A DNA stretch of 64,000 nt from assembly GCF_000142905.1 (NCBI RefSeq), contig NW_013657664.1:474445-538444 (forward strand), written 5' to 3'. The translations under genes were made by a program, and so were the position numbers. The stretch is from Thecamonas trahens ATCC 50062. Lineage: Eukaryota; Protista; Apusomonadida. Below are positions 31,501 to 43,576 of this stretch, in pieces. Positions within the stretch are counted from its first letter, which is position 1, and each line of letters opens with the position of its first letter. Below the pieces are notes generated by a model. It saw nothing but the letters and a program-made list of their open reading frames with translations. It had not been told where the DNA came from and did not search any database.

Positions 31501-34500
31501 GCACTGGCGGCACTTGTCAAGCGCAAGCGCGAGATGCTCAAAGTCCGCGGCGAGCTCTCTGCCAAGTCCAAGCTGTTGCGGAATGTGGTGGGCGGCGGGA
31601 TCGAGCTTGGTGAGTTTGACGCGGCGTGGGAGCAGTTTGAAATTGGGCTTGACGCGCACGGCATGCTCATCGAGTCGCAGACTGCGGCGCTCAAAAACAA
31701 CCTGCAAAGCCGGCAGGAGGAGCTCAACGCTGAGGCGGCCAAGCTGGCGAGCCACTGGACGGAGGCGCAGCCTTCGGCGGTCACGCTGGCGGATCCTGCG
31801 GCGGCTGAGGCGGCGGCGACGGTTGTGGCCGAGTACAAGGGCGAGCTGGGCGAACTTGTGGCGCGCGGCGCGAGCCTGCGGGCAGACTGCGAGCACTTTG
31901 CACTTCCGCCGCCGGACCTAGAGCCACTCGACAGTCTCGCGGCCGAGATCGAGGGTGTGACCGGGGTGTGGGATGTGTTCTCGGCGTGGTCGGCGGAGCT
32001 CTCCGAACTGGCGAGCGTGGAGTGGTATACGTTCCGAGCACGGCTGTACGTGTTTGAGGAGTTTGTGGCCAAGTGGCGGGCGAAGCTTCTTGGCACGGGC
32101 GGCGAAGCGAGCAAGGACGGCGGCAGTGGCGGTGGCGACGATGACGGGTCTGACGACGGATTCGGGGCCGGAATGGGGGCCGACGACGAGGCCGAGACTG
32201 GAGGGCCACAGCTCGATGGCAACTCGCCAATTGTCAAGCATCTGCAATCTGCTGTGCGGCTGTACTCGCGAGTGTACTCTGTGCTCAAGTACTGCCGCGG
32301 AGACTCGTTTACGGCCGAGCACTGGGCAGCGCTGTTCCGGATTGTGGGCCTTCCGCGCGGGCTCAAGGGCTCACAGCTGACGTTTGGCCATTTTCTGGGC
32401 GTGATGGAGAAGATCGAGGCTGGGGCGAGCGAGCTCAAAGCGCTGCACGACCGGGCCGAAGCCGAGGTGACCGTGCGGCAGGCGCTGGCTGAGATGGACG
32501 CTTGGGGCGCAGAGGCTGTCTTCTCGCTCCTGCCACCGTCAGAGACGCGCGGGGTGGCGCTCATCACCGAGTGGAAGGACTTGCTGACGGAGGTTGGCGA
32601 CAAGCAGTCGCTGCTGCAGTCGCTCAAGGACTCGCGACTGTACTCTGTGTTTGCCAACCAAATCGACGGATGGGAGCGCAAGCTGGGCGCGCTCGACTCT
32701 GCGCTAACGCAGCTGAACTTGATCCAGCGCAAGTGGGTGTACTTGGAGCCAATTTTCTCCAAGGGCGCACTCCCGTCCGAGGCTGCAAGGTTCAAACGGA
32801 TTGACGATGACTTTGTGTCGGTGCTTGCGGCTGTGGCGGCGGATCCGCGGGTGGTCTCGCTGCTGGCATACCCAGGACTTGAAGAGATGCTGCCGATGAC
32901 GCTCGACCAGCTGGAGCGGAGCCAACGGGCTCTGGCAGCGTTTCTGGAGGCAAAGCGATCGGCGTTCCCGCGGTTCTACTTTATCGGCGACGATGATTTG
33001 CTGGAGATTCTGGGCCAGTCGACCAAGCCGGAGGTCATCCAGTCCCACCTCAAGAAGCTGTTTGCCGGGGTGGCGTCTGTGACGTTTGACGGGTCGAAAA
33101 CCTCGATTGTGTCGATCAACTCGTCCAAGGGCGAGCGTGTGGCGCTCCAGCCGCCGCTCACGCTCACACCGCAAGTTGAGGAGTGGCTGAGTCGACTGGT
33201 GAAGGCGATGCGGAGCGCGCTCGCGAGCCAGCTCGACGAGCTGTTGCGGACTGGCGCGTGGGACGACGAGAATGGGCTCTCGGTGGCAGCACTCAACGGG
33301 TACCCGTCGCAGCTTCTCTCGCTGGCGGAAAACATTGGGTTCGCCGCAAGCGTGGAAAAGGTGCTGAGCGGGCGAGGCGAGGGCATCGAGGGCGGGCTGG
33401 AGACAGTGCTCCGGGTGTGCCTCGGCAAGCTCAAGGCGTACACAGGCATTCACTCTCAGCTCGACGCGAGTGCGGCGTCGAAGCTTCTCTCGGCCAAGAT
33501 CAAGAACCTTGTACTGGAGCTCGTGCATAACGCAGACGTGACCTCGATGTTGCTTGCTGCGCGGCAGGGCGGCGGCCTCCGACTGGGGGCGTCGTCGTGG
33601 GAGTGGAGCAAGCAGCTGCGATTTGTTTACGACGGCCTCGGTCGAGTCCGTGGCGTGATGGGCGACGCGGCGTTCGAGTACACGTTCGAGTACCAAGGCA
33701 ATGTGTCCAAGCTTGTCCACACAGCGTTGACGGACAAGTGCTACCTGACTCTGACACAGGGCATGGCACTGGGCTACGGCGGCAATCCGTATGGACCGGC
33801 CGGAACCGGCAAGACCGAGTCGATCAAAGCGCTGGGCGCTTCGCTCGGGCGACAGGTCCTTGTTTTCAATTGCGATGAGGGCATCGATTTTAAGTCGATG
33901 GGACGCATCTTCACGGGGCTGGTCAAGTGTGGGGCGTGGGGCTGCTTTGACGAGTTCAACCGCCTCGACGAGGTGGTTCTCTCTGCGGTCTCGCAGCAAA
34001 TCCAGACGATCCAGAGTGGGATCAAAGCTCGGGCTAGCAGCATTTCGCTGCTGGGCAAGACTGTGGAGCTCGACGCCAACTCGGGCATTTTTGTGACGAT
34101 GAATCCCGCAGGCAAGGGCTACGGCGGACGGTCGAAGCTTCCGGACAACCTCAAGCAGCTGTTCCGACCTGTGGCGATGTCCAAGCCAGACCTGGAGCTC
34201 ATTGCGGAGGTTATTCTCTACGCCGAGGGCTTTAGTGGGGCCAAGGGCCTCGCGAAGAAGCTGGTCTCGATGTACGGGCTCAACGCACAGCTGCTCTCGA
34301 AGCAGCAGCACTACGACTGGGGTCTCCGTGCGCTCAAGGCGGTGCTCTCGCTTGGCGGGAGCCTGCTGGGCCGTGAGCGGAACGCGCGCCGGGCGGCCGG
34401 GGCGAGCGCCGAGCTGAGCGGCGAGGAGGAGACAGCGCTACTGGTGAAGGCGCTGCGGTCGAACACTCTGAGTAAGCTGACGTATGCCGACTCTGTGCTC

Positions 34501-37500
34501 TTTGAGGGCCTCGTGGGCGATCTGTTCCCGGGAGTGACGACCGAGGCGATTTCGTACGCGGAACTGGAGAGCGCGCTTGCCGAGGAGCTGAGCGAGCGAC
34601 GACTGGTGGTTGTGGAGCGGCAGATGACGAAGCTGCTGCAGCTGTACGAGGCGACGAACCAGCGGATGGGGGTTGTGATTGTGGGGCCGTCCGGGTCTGG
34701 CAAGTCGACGCTGTGGCAGGTCCTCGCCGGGGCGCTCAACCGGCTGGGCGGGCGCGGAAGTGTGGTGACTCAGGTGATGAACCCCAAGGCGCTGCCGCGG
34801 CAGCAGCTGCTTGGCTCGCTGGATTTGGACACGCGCGAATGGGCCGATGGTGTGCTGACGGCAGCGGCACGTGAGGTTGTAGCGCGACCGGCCCGGGTGC
34901 GGTCGTGGATTGTGTGCGACGGCGATGTGGACCCCAAGTGGATTGAGTCGCTCAACTCTGTGCTCGACGACAACCGGCTGCTGACGATGCCAAACGGCGA
35001 GCGGATTCAGTTTGGGAGCAACGTCAACTTTGTGTTTGAGACGCACGACCTGAGCTACGCGTCGCCGGCGACAATCTCGCGGATGGGCATGATTTTCCTG
35101 TCCGAGGCCGAGCTGAGCGCGGAGACGCTTGTCGCAGGCTGGGCGAGCCGGAGCGAGGCGAGCAGCAGCGCGCGGGCGTGGATGGGCGAGCTGGGCTCGC
35201 TGCTGGAGGGTGCTGAGCTCGGGGTGCTGCGGACGCTGTTTGCGCTGCTGGAGCAGGCTGGAGCGGGCAGCGAGCTGAGCAAGGAGGCGTTCGCTGTGGC
35301 TGCGGTGCGTGCGCTTGCCGGCGCGGCTGCGTCTGGGGCCAAGGCATCGACGGCCAAGGCGGTCCTTGCTGCGCTTGGGGTGCGTGGGGTGGCGTCGCGC
35401 GAGGCCGGTGCGGTGTACTACGACGAGCGGTCGCGGAACGTGCGGAGCTACGGATATGTGGCGCCGTCGCTGAGCGTGGACGATGTCTCCCGCGGCGTGC
35501 TCGTGGAGACGGTGGGTGTGCAGTCTGTGCTCGGAGCCGTGGTGCCGCTGCTCGAGGCCGGAATGCCGGTAGTTGTGGAGGGACCTCCCGGAGCAGGCAA
35601 GGAGCTTGTGCTCCGAGCTGCGTTTGCGCGGCTCGGCGGCGGTCGGGTGGCGTCTGTGCACTGCTCGTCGCAGACGCGGGCGTCTGACGTGATTCGCAAG
35701 CTGTATGAGAGCTGCATTGCGGTGAACTCGAACAAAGGCCGGGTGCTGCGGCCCAAGGGCGGGCGACTGCTCACGGTGTACCTCAAGAACCTCAACATGG
35801 CGACGCCCGACGAGTACGAGACGTCTGAGCTTGGGGCGCTTCTGCATCAGCTCCTCACATATGGTGGGTTTTACTCGAGCGAGCTCGAGTGGGTTGCGCT
35901 CGAGGGCGTGGTGTTTGCTGGATCGATGAACCCGGCGACGACGCTGGGGCGGTACGCGCTCTCTCCGCGGCTGTCGTCGTTGGTAGCGACGATCCGAATC
36001 GACTACGGGAGCAGCGACGAGCTGAGCGCAGTGGCAGAGGCGTACGTCGAGCCTGTGCTCGGTGCGCTTGGCGGCGGAGCCGGGGCCGGGCGCGCGAGCG
36101 CGCTAGCGGCTGCGCTGGTCCAAGTGTACAACCAGGTTCGGGCCAAGTTTACCGTGGATGAGGCGCGTCACTACCTTTTTACGCCGCGCGAGCTGCTGGG
36201 GTGGGTGAGCTCGCTCCTGCGGTACTCTGTGGGAAGCGACGAGGGCTTTGAAGGCGTGCTGGACGTGGTTGTGGCAGAGGCGCGGGCGCGGTTTGGCGAG
36301 CGGCTTGTTGACGAGCGTGCCTGCGCACGGTTTGACGCGATTTTGGGCTCTGTCTTTCGTGCGTCGTTCAACTATGCACCTGCGGAGCGCGGTCGGTCTG
36401 TGTACACTAGCTGGTCACCGACGGCCGACGGCGAGGGCAAGCTAGGGCTGATGGCGCTGGAAGGCTTTGCCAAGGTTGTGCAGGGAGGCATCAAGGTGTT
36501 TGAACGGGACTGGCAGGAGCTCAAGCTCAAGATTTTCCCCCAGATGCTTGCATTGGCGGCGAGCTACGACCGTGTGCTGTCCGCAAAAGACGGAAGCGGG
36601 CATGTGCTTGCTGTGGGCGCACCCGGGACGGGTAAGTCGTCGCTGCTCAAGGTTGTGGCACACATGCACTCGTACGAGATTGCGGTGATGAGCGTGTCGC
36701 GGCCGCCGTCGATCAAGGAGTTCCGTAACTGGCTCAAGGGCGTACTGTTGAAGGGCGGTGTGGAGGGGACTGGCGTGCTTGTGGTTGTGCGCGACTCGCA
36801 GGTATTTTCGGCCGAGGTGCTCGAGGCGCTCAACGCGCTTCTAGGCTGCGGCGAGGTGCCGGGCCTGTTCACGCCCGAGGAGCTCGATGGGCTCCTTGCG
36901 CCGCTGCGGCCGGTGGTGGCGGAAATAGGCTGGTACGGGAGCGTAGGCGAGCTTTTTGTGTCGCGAGTGCGGGCGAATGTGCACGTGGCGCTTGTCATGG
37001 ATCCGAGCGCCGAAGCGTTTGGCGCGCAGACCGAGTCGAATCCTGCGCTGTTTGCGAGTGCGCAGGTTGTGTGGAGCGCTGCGTGGACAAAGGACTCGCT
37101 GAAGCGGCTCCCGCGTGTGCTGCTCAAGAAGGTGGTGGGCAAAATGGAGGACCGCGACGAGGTGCTCAAGTTGCTGCGCGGAGTGCACAGCAGCGCGCCT
37201 GGCAAGCCGCCACCGCGCAAGTTTACGCTCCTCCTCCACACGTACGCCAAGGTGCTGGCGAAGAAGCGAAAGGCGCAAGAGTCGCAGACGGGCCATCTCC
37301 GTGCTGGGCTGTCGAAGCTTGCGGAGGCGGCCAAGGTTGTGGACGAGCTTGGCGCCGAGGCTGCGGAGCAAGAAGTGCTGCTTGCGGAGAAGGAGGCGAA
37401 AGCGGATGCAGCGCTGAGCGCGATTACCAAGGCTGTGGAGGACGCGTCAAGCCAGCGGGCGGAGATGGAGCGGCTGGAAGAGCGGCTTGCTGTGGAGGAG

Positions 37501-40500
37501 GAGCAGCTGACACGGGAGAAGGCCAAGATCGACGCAGAGACGGCGCAGGTGCAGCCGATGCTCGAGTCTGCCGCGGCGGCTGTGGGCTCGCTGGACCGCA
37601 AGTCGCTGACAGAGGCGCGGACGATGCCGAATCCGCCGACTGCGGTGCGCGACGTGCTTACTGTTGTGCTGCAGATGATGGGGTCGGAAGACACGTCGTG
37701 GAACGCGATGCGTGCGTTCCTTGGGCGCAAGGGGCTTGTGGAGGAGGTGCTCTCGTTTTCTGTGCAGTCGCTCTCTGAGCGGAAGATCAGCAAGCTGGAG
37801 GGCTTGTGGACAAGTATGCCAACTCGTTCGAGGCGTCGACGATCACGCGGGCAAGCCGGACGATTGCGCCGCTTGCGGCGTGGGTGCTGGCGCAGCTCGA
37901 GTACGCGCGTGTTGTGAAGCAGATCCGGCCGCTGATGGACGCGCAGGCGTCGCTGGAGGCATCGCTGGACAAGTCTGCCCGACGGGTGGCGCGACTGCAG
38001 GGCGAGCTGGAAGAGCTCGACGCGCGAGTTGCCAAGCTCAAGAAGGAGTTCAAGAAGCGGACGCGCGATGCCGAGAAGCTGCAGAATTCGCTGGAGGGCG
38101 TGCAGGTGAAGAAGGCGTCGGCGGACAAGCTGTTGTCGCAGCTGGGCGGAGAGCGCGAGCGTTGGGAGCGTCAGCTGGGCGAGTACACAGAGGCCGAGGC
38201 GGCGATGCCGCGCGAGGCTGTGCTTGCGGCGGGCTTTCTGGTATACCTCGGCGGACAGGCCGAGGGCGAGCGGGCGCGTGTGCTGCAGACGTGGAGCGAG
38301 CTTGCTCGACTTCCACGTGGATGGCGTGTGGAGAGCTTCCTCGCGTCGGAAGCGGAGCTGCTGCGGTGGAAGGCGGCGGGGCTGCCGTCGGACTCGCTGA
38401 GCGTGGAAAACGCGGTGGTGATTCTGGAGAGCGAGGCGCCACGGGTGGTGATTGATCCGGGCGGAGCTGCGGTTGCGTGGCTCAAGTCGTGGCTGAGCGA
38501 AGGCGGAGGCGGAGGCGAGAAGAAACGAGGTGGCGACGACGGCAAGAGCGACGACGACGACGACGACGGATCTGACGACGGGCAGAGCGGCGGGTCGCGG
38601 AGCGGGCGGGTTGTGGAAGTGATTGCGTCTTCGGACCCGCGGCTGAACACCAAGCTCGAGCTAGGCGTGCGGTTTGGCAAGACAGTGGTGCTGGAGAACG
38701 TGGACAGTATCGACGAAATGCTGCTGCCGCTGCTACGGCGCGATCTCCGTTTGCAGGGAACGCGGTCTGTGGTGCAGCTCGGCGAGAAGGTTGTGGACTA
38801 CAATCCGGAGTTTGAGCTGTTTGTGACCTCGCGTGACGCGCACCTGCGGGTGCACCCGGACGTGGCGGCGCTTGTGACGGAGGTCAACTTTTCTGTTACG
38901 GCGTCGGGCCTCGAGTCGCAGCTGCTGGGCTACACGCTCCGGCACGAGCAGCCGCAGCTGGAAGAGCAAAAGTCTGCGCTGCTTCGAGAAGAGGAGGAGC
39001 AAAAGGTGGAGCTTGCCGAGCTGGAAAAGTCGCTGCTGGAAACGCTTGCGACGTCTTCGGGTGACTTGCTGGAGAACCAGGAGCTTGTGGCGTCTCTCAA
39101 TGAGACGAAGCGAAAGAGTAAGGTGATTGCAGATGCGCTTGCGCAGAGTCGGGCGAACCAAGCTGTTCTCGACGAGCAGCGCGAGGCGTACGTTCCGATT
39201 GCGCGGACCGGGTCTCAGCTGTACTTTCTCGTTGCCGGGCTGGAGAAGCTCAACGCGATGTACGCGTTCTCGCTGGGCTCGTTTGTGGAGCTCTTCCACG
39301 AGGCGCTTGGCGCCGAGGTGTCTGGCGGAGCGGGGGCTGGGATCGACGGGCGGCTACTGCGGCTGCAGAGCACGCTGCTGCGGCTTGTGCACAAGTATGT
39401 GTCGGCGTCGTTGTTCAAAGAGGACCGGCTCGGATTTGAGCTGCATTTGGTCCACGGGCTGCGACCGGAGCTCTTCCTGGAGGGCGAGTGGGAGCTCCTT
39501 GTGTCTGGCGGGACGGGCATGGGCGGGAGCGGGAGCGGACCTGTGCCGTCGTGGGTGCCGGCGAAGCGGGCGAGCCACTTTGCGGCGCTGCGGGCGAGGG
39601 TGCCAAGCCTTGTGAGCGCTGCGGAGCTGAGCGAGAGCGCGATGTGGTCGCCGTGGAATGCGACGACGGAGGCCGAGGCACGGTGGCCCGAGGTTGTGGC
39701 GCGTGCCGGGCTGTCGTGGGTGCAGAAGCTGCTGCTGCTGCTTGTGTTCCGGCCGGACCGGCTGCTGACGGGGATGCGGGCATTTGTTGACTCTGTGCTG
39801 AGCCTTGGGTCGAGCGATGTGGAGCTGCGGAGCGTGGCGGAGCGTGTGGGCGGGCTGCGACCTGCGCTGCTTGTTGCGACTGCGGGTGCAGACCCATCTG
39901 TAGAGCTCGAGGCGCTTGCGGGCGAGGTTGTGGGCGCGCGGCGGTACTTTCAACTTGCGATGGGCCAGGGCCAGGGTGAGGCAGCGTTGCAGCTTGTGCG
40001 CGAGTGTGCCAAGAGCGGCGGGTGGGTGACGCTCAAGAACCTGCACCTTGTTCTCCCGTGGGTTGCAGAGCTCAATAAGGAGCTGTCTGGGCTTGCGAGT
40101 GGCGAGGTGCACCGCGAGTTCAAGCTCTGGCTGACGACGGAGGCACATGCTGGATTCCCTGCCAGCCTTGCTGCACGGTGCGTGAAGATGACGGTGGAAG
40201 CGCCGCCTGGGCTGAAGCGGAACCTCGCGCGGAGCGTGGAGGCCGTACTTGGGGCAGGCGAGGAGGGCGGGAGCTGCGGGCAGGCGCGGTTTGCACTCGC
40301 GGTCTTTCACTCGCTGGTGCAAGAGCGGCGGTCGTACATGCCGCAGGGCTGGTCCAAGTTCTACGAGTTCTCCGAGGCGGATCTTCGTGTGGGCGCGAGC
40401 GTGGTGACTGCCGAGGTGAGCGGGAAGGGCCCGGGCGAGGTGCAGTGGGACAAGGTTGTGGGCCTGTTTGAGAACGCGATCTACGGCGGGCGTGTCGACA

Positions 40501-41621
40501 ACGAGTTTGACATGCGCGTGCTTGTGACGTATCTCGGTAAGATGTTCAACGGCGGAGTGATTTCCGGGCGCGGTGGCGGCGAGCTAGTGCCCGGAATGCG
40601 GATGCCAGCGAGCGGAAGTTTGGCCGAGGCGCGAGAGGCTGTGGCGCGGCTGCCTGAGGCGGACGAGCCAGGCGTGTTTGGCTTGCCGGCCAACATCTCG
40701 CGCGCGGTGGAGCAGGCGCGGAGCGCCGAGGTGATTGCGCAGCTCAAGGCGCTCGGGACGAGCCAGGGCAGCAGCTCGGGCTTTGACCGGGTGAGGTGGG
40801 CCAAGGGCCTCGAGGCTGTACTGCAGCAGTGGGCGGGCGCGACGAGCTCGTCGGGCGTGCTTGACCTTGTGGCCGGAGGCGGGAGCGGCAGCAGCGGGCG
40901 GTCGCCTGTGGCGGCGTTCCTAGAGCTCGAGTTTGTGCAGGCGATGGAGCTTGTGGAGCTCGTGGACGGCGTGCTTGGCGAGGTTGTGGAGGTGCTTGAG
41001 GAGCGGCGGCTTGTGAGTCCTGCGATTGTGGAGCTCGTGGAGGGCTCGCTGCTCTCGGGGAGCGTGCCCGAACCGTGGTTTGCACGGTGGGAGGGCCCGC
41101 TGGAGCTTGGGGCGTGGCTGGGCGAGGTTGTGCGACGGACGGTTGCGGTGAGCGAGTGGCGGAGCCGTGCGCGGGCGTCGCTGGAGACGCTGCTGCAGGA
41201 TGAGCTTGTGCTCTCCGAGCTCTTCCGGCCGGGCACGTTCCTTAACGCGGTGCGGCAGGAGAGCGCGCGCAAGCTCGGGGTGGCTATGGACAGCCTTGCG
41301 CTGGTCTCGTCTGTCCGGCAGCAGCAGTGGGTCGGCACGATTCGCGTGGGCGGACTCCTGCTGCAGGGCGGAAGCTACTCGGGCGGGCGCGGGGTGCGGC
41401 TTGCAGATGCCACGACACCGTCGTTTGCGGCGCTCGGCTCGTTGTACATGGCGTGGGTGCCCGAGGCCGAGGCCGCCGAGTGGCGGGCGCGGATTGCGGG
41501 CGTGCCGCTGTACGAGGACGGCAGCCGCGACAAGATGGTGGTGGAGGTTGGCGTGGAGGTGGAGGGCGGCGAGGTGTCGGAGTTTGTGCTCGCCGGCCTC
41601 GCGGTCTTCCTTCGCGAGTAA
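28573..41621 (+). CDS. DYNC2H1: Cytoplasmic dynein-2 (IFT) heavy chain, ~4350 aa, intronless, frame break at ~37801
   Basis: LRQVAAFYN, HWNQQLYKALEYQY, FPRFYFIGDDDLLEILGQ, GPAGTGKTES, CFDEFNRL, HYDWGLRA, GPSGSGKS; second ORF carries stalk, AAA5 and AAA6 (LKNLHL, GWSKFYEFS). Confidence 0.95.
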
Positions 41622-41631
41622 AGCAAAACGG

Positions 41632-43437
41632 TCACGGAATGGCGAGGTCGACGATGCGAAGGAGCGAGGAGGAGCGGGCGAGTGTGAAGCGGAGCGGCGA
41701 GCTGGTGAGGGCATCGGCAAGCGGCGGGAGGAGGACGGCGAGGGCCGGTTCGTGCGGTGGGATCCAGCCGAAGAGCTTCTCGATGAGGAGCGGCGAGGAG
41801 AGGAGGAAGGAGATGGTGGGCGCGAGGTTGATGATGATGGGGCGGTACTGGAGGCGGGTGAGCGGAGTTGTGGCTGCGGCGGTGAAGACGCAGCCGAGCG
41901 GACAGGAGACGACGGCGTTGTCGTCAGCGACGACGGCGACGCCGCAGCCAGCACACACACGCTCGGTGACGAGGTGGCGGGCAAGGGCGTCGTCGAGGGT
42001 GAGCGGCGGGGCATCGTGAGCGCTGTGCGGAGGGACGACGGCGATGGAGGAGACTGTGGCGATGAGAGTATAGCTGGTGACGCGCGGGGCAGCGGCGAGA
42101 GATGCGGCGAGGGCGGTGACGCTGGTGATGACGGTGTCCGAGTTCCGGCAGAGAGGCGCGTCTTGGCGGAGCGAGGGAGAAAAGGCGGCAGCGAGTCGGG
42201 AAGCGGCGGCGGCGGCAGAAGATGGTGTGGCAGGGATGATGGAGGTGTGGGCGGTGGTAGAGAGGGACGGCGCGGCGGCGGACCATGCTGCGGACCGCGA
42301 CCAAGTGACGGCACAGCAGGAGGCGGCGACGATGGCGCCGGGAACGAGGAGCGGAGCGAGGGAGGGATGAGCGACGGTGAGCCAGGCGGTGGCGAGGGCA
42401 CCGTCGGCATTCACCGAGCCGTCGATGACTAGGACGCGGAGGAGGGAGGACGGTGATGCATTGACGAGTCGGACGACGCGGATGGCGTCGAGGTGGACGA
42501 GGGTGTCGAGCTGGAGGTGGGCGAGGAGCGGGGTCGCAAGGAACGGGCGCGAGAGCCAGTGAAGGTCGGCCATCCACGGGGCTGTGGCATGAATGGCGAG
42601 CGGGAGAACGGTGACGGCCGAGGATGGAGCGCGTGTGGCGAGGGTGGGCACGCCGCGCCACTCGCCGACGACGAGGGCCTTGAAGCGGGCTGCGGCGCCG
42701 CGCGGGAGGATGTAGACCCAGGAGGCCGCACGGCCCCAGAGAGTGACGCGGGTGGGGCGTAAGGCCGTGGAGGCGTCGACGAGCGAGACGGTGGCACGAT
42801 GGACGGTGGCGCGGCGGGTGGTGGTCTCGATGACGCCCGAGACGGCGACGACAACCCCGCGTACGTTGACAGTGGACGCAAGGGGAGCCGCCGGAGACGC
42901 GAGGGCGGCGAGCGGAGTGAGGGGATGGTCGGGGTGGAGCTCAGTGCACGGTGACGATAAAGGCGGATCGGCGGGCGAGGAGGGCGAGGAGGAGATGGAC
43001 TCAATGGCGTCGTCGTCCGAGTCGAGATCGAGGCGCGAGGGAGGGCGAGACGATGGTGGCGAGGACGGGTCCGGGAGGAGGTGGAAGGAAGGAAAGGAGA
43101 ACTGGGTGAGGCCGGCAAAGGTGTCGGTGATGGAGGTTGTGGCCGGATGCGAGATTGTGGTCGAGACAGAGCCGGCGATGGTTGCCGAGTCATCGACAAG
43201 AACCGTAGGCTGTGGAGAGTGAGTCTCGAGAATGGGGTCGGCAAGGAGCAGCGGCTGGGAGAGCGACGAGAACGGTGTGGCCATGGCGAGGGGGTGGTGC
43301 CGCTTGGGGGACGGCGGTGATGTGATGGGGTCGGTGACGGTGGTAGTGGTGGTAGGGATCATCCATTTGGTGTGGGATGGTGGTGGTGGTGCCTCGCGTG
43401 GTGGCTGCTTGCGCTTGCGGGTGGTCGGGGTGGGCAT
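41632..43437 (-). CDS. SHLD2: SHLD2/FAM35A-like triple OB-fold ssDNA-binding protein
   Basis: ATVSLVDAS...VTLWGRAASW; LAHLQLDTLVH; CAGCG...DDN...CPLGC...YRP...LIEKLF. Confidence 0.7.
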   Translation of the reverse strand: MPTPTTRKRKQPPREAPPPPSHTKWMIPTTTTTVTDPITSPPSPKRHHPLAMATPFSSLSQPLLLADPILETHSPQPTVLVDDSATIAGSVSTTISHPATTSITDTFAGLTQFSFPSFHLLPDPSSPPSSRPPSRLDLDSDDDAIESISSSPSSPADPPLSSPCTELHPDHPLTPLAALASPAAPLASTVNVRGVVVAVSGVIETTTRRATVHRATVSLVDASTALRPTRVTLWGRAASWVYILPRGAAARFKALVVGEWRGVPTLATRAPSSAVTVLPLAIHATAPWMADLHWLSRPFLATPLLAHLQLDTLVHLDAIRVVRLVNASPSSLLRVLVIDGSVNADGALATAWLTVAHPSLAPLLVPGAIVAASCCAVTWSRSAAWSAAAPSLSTTAHTSIIPATPSSAAAAASRLAAAFSPSLRQDAPLCRNSDTVITSVTALAASLAAAPRVTSYTLIATVSSIAVVPPHSAHDAPPLTLDDALARHLVTERVCAGCGVAVVADDNAVVSCPLGCVFTAAATTPLTRLQYRPIIINLAPTISFLLSSPLLIEKLFGWIPPHEPALAVLLPPLADALTSSPLRFTLARSSSLLRIVDLAIP

Positions 43438-43576
43438 CGCCCCCAAAAAAGGTCGTGGTTGGTCCGGCCGAGGGAAAGCAGAGAGTGGCGTGTGCGGGTT
43501 GTGTGTCAGGTTTGATCAAGGGAGGGGAGAGGGGAGGGAGGGGGAGAGGGGTACACTTGGCTTGGGTGTGGATACC

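Noticed and set aside
37806-41621. Separate second dynein gene or dynein pseudogene
   Set aside because: Continues the stalk of the upstream ORF exactly after a one-base correction; no other lesions in 13 kb
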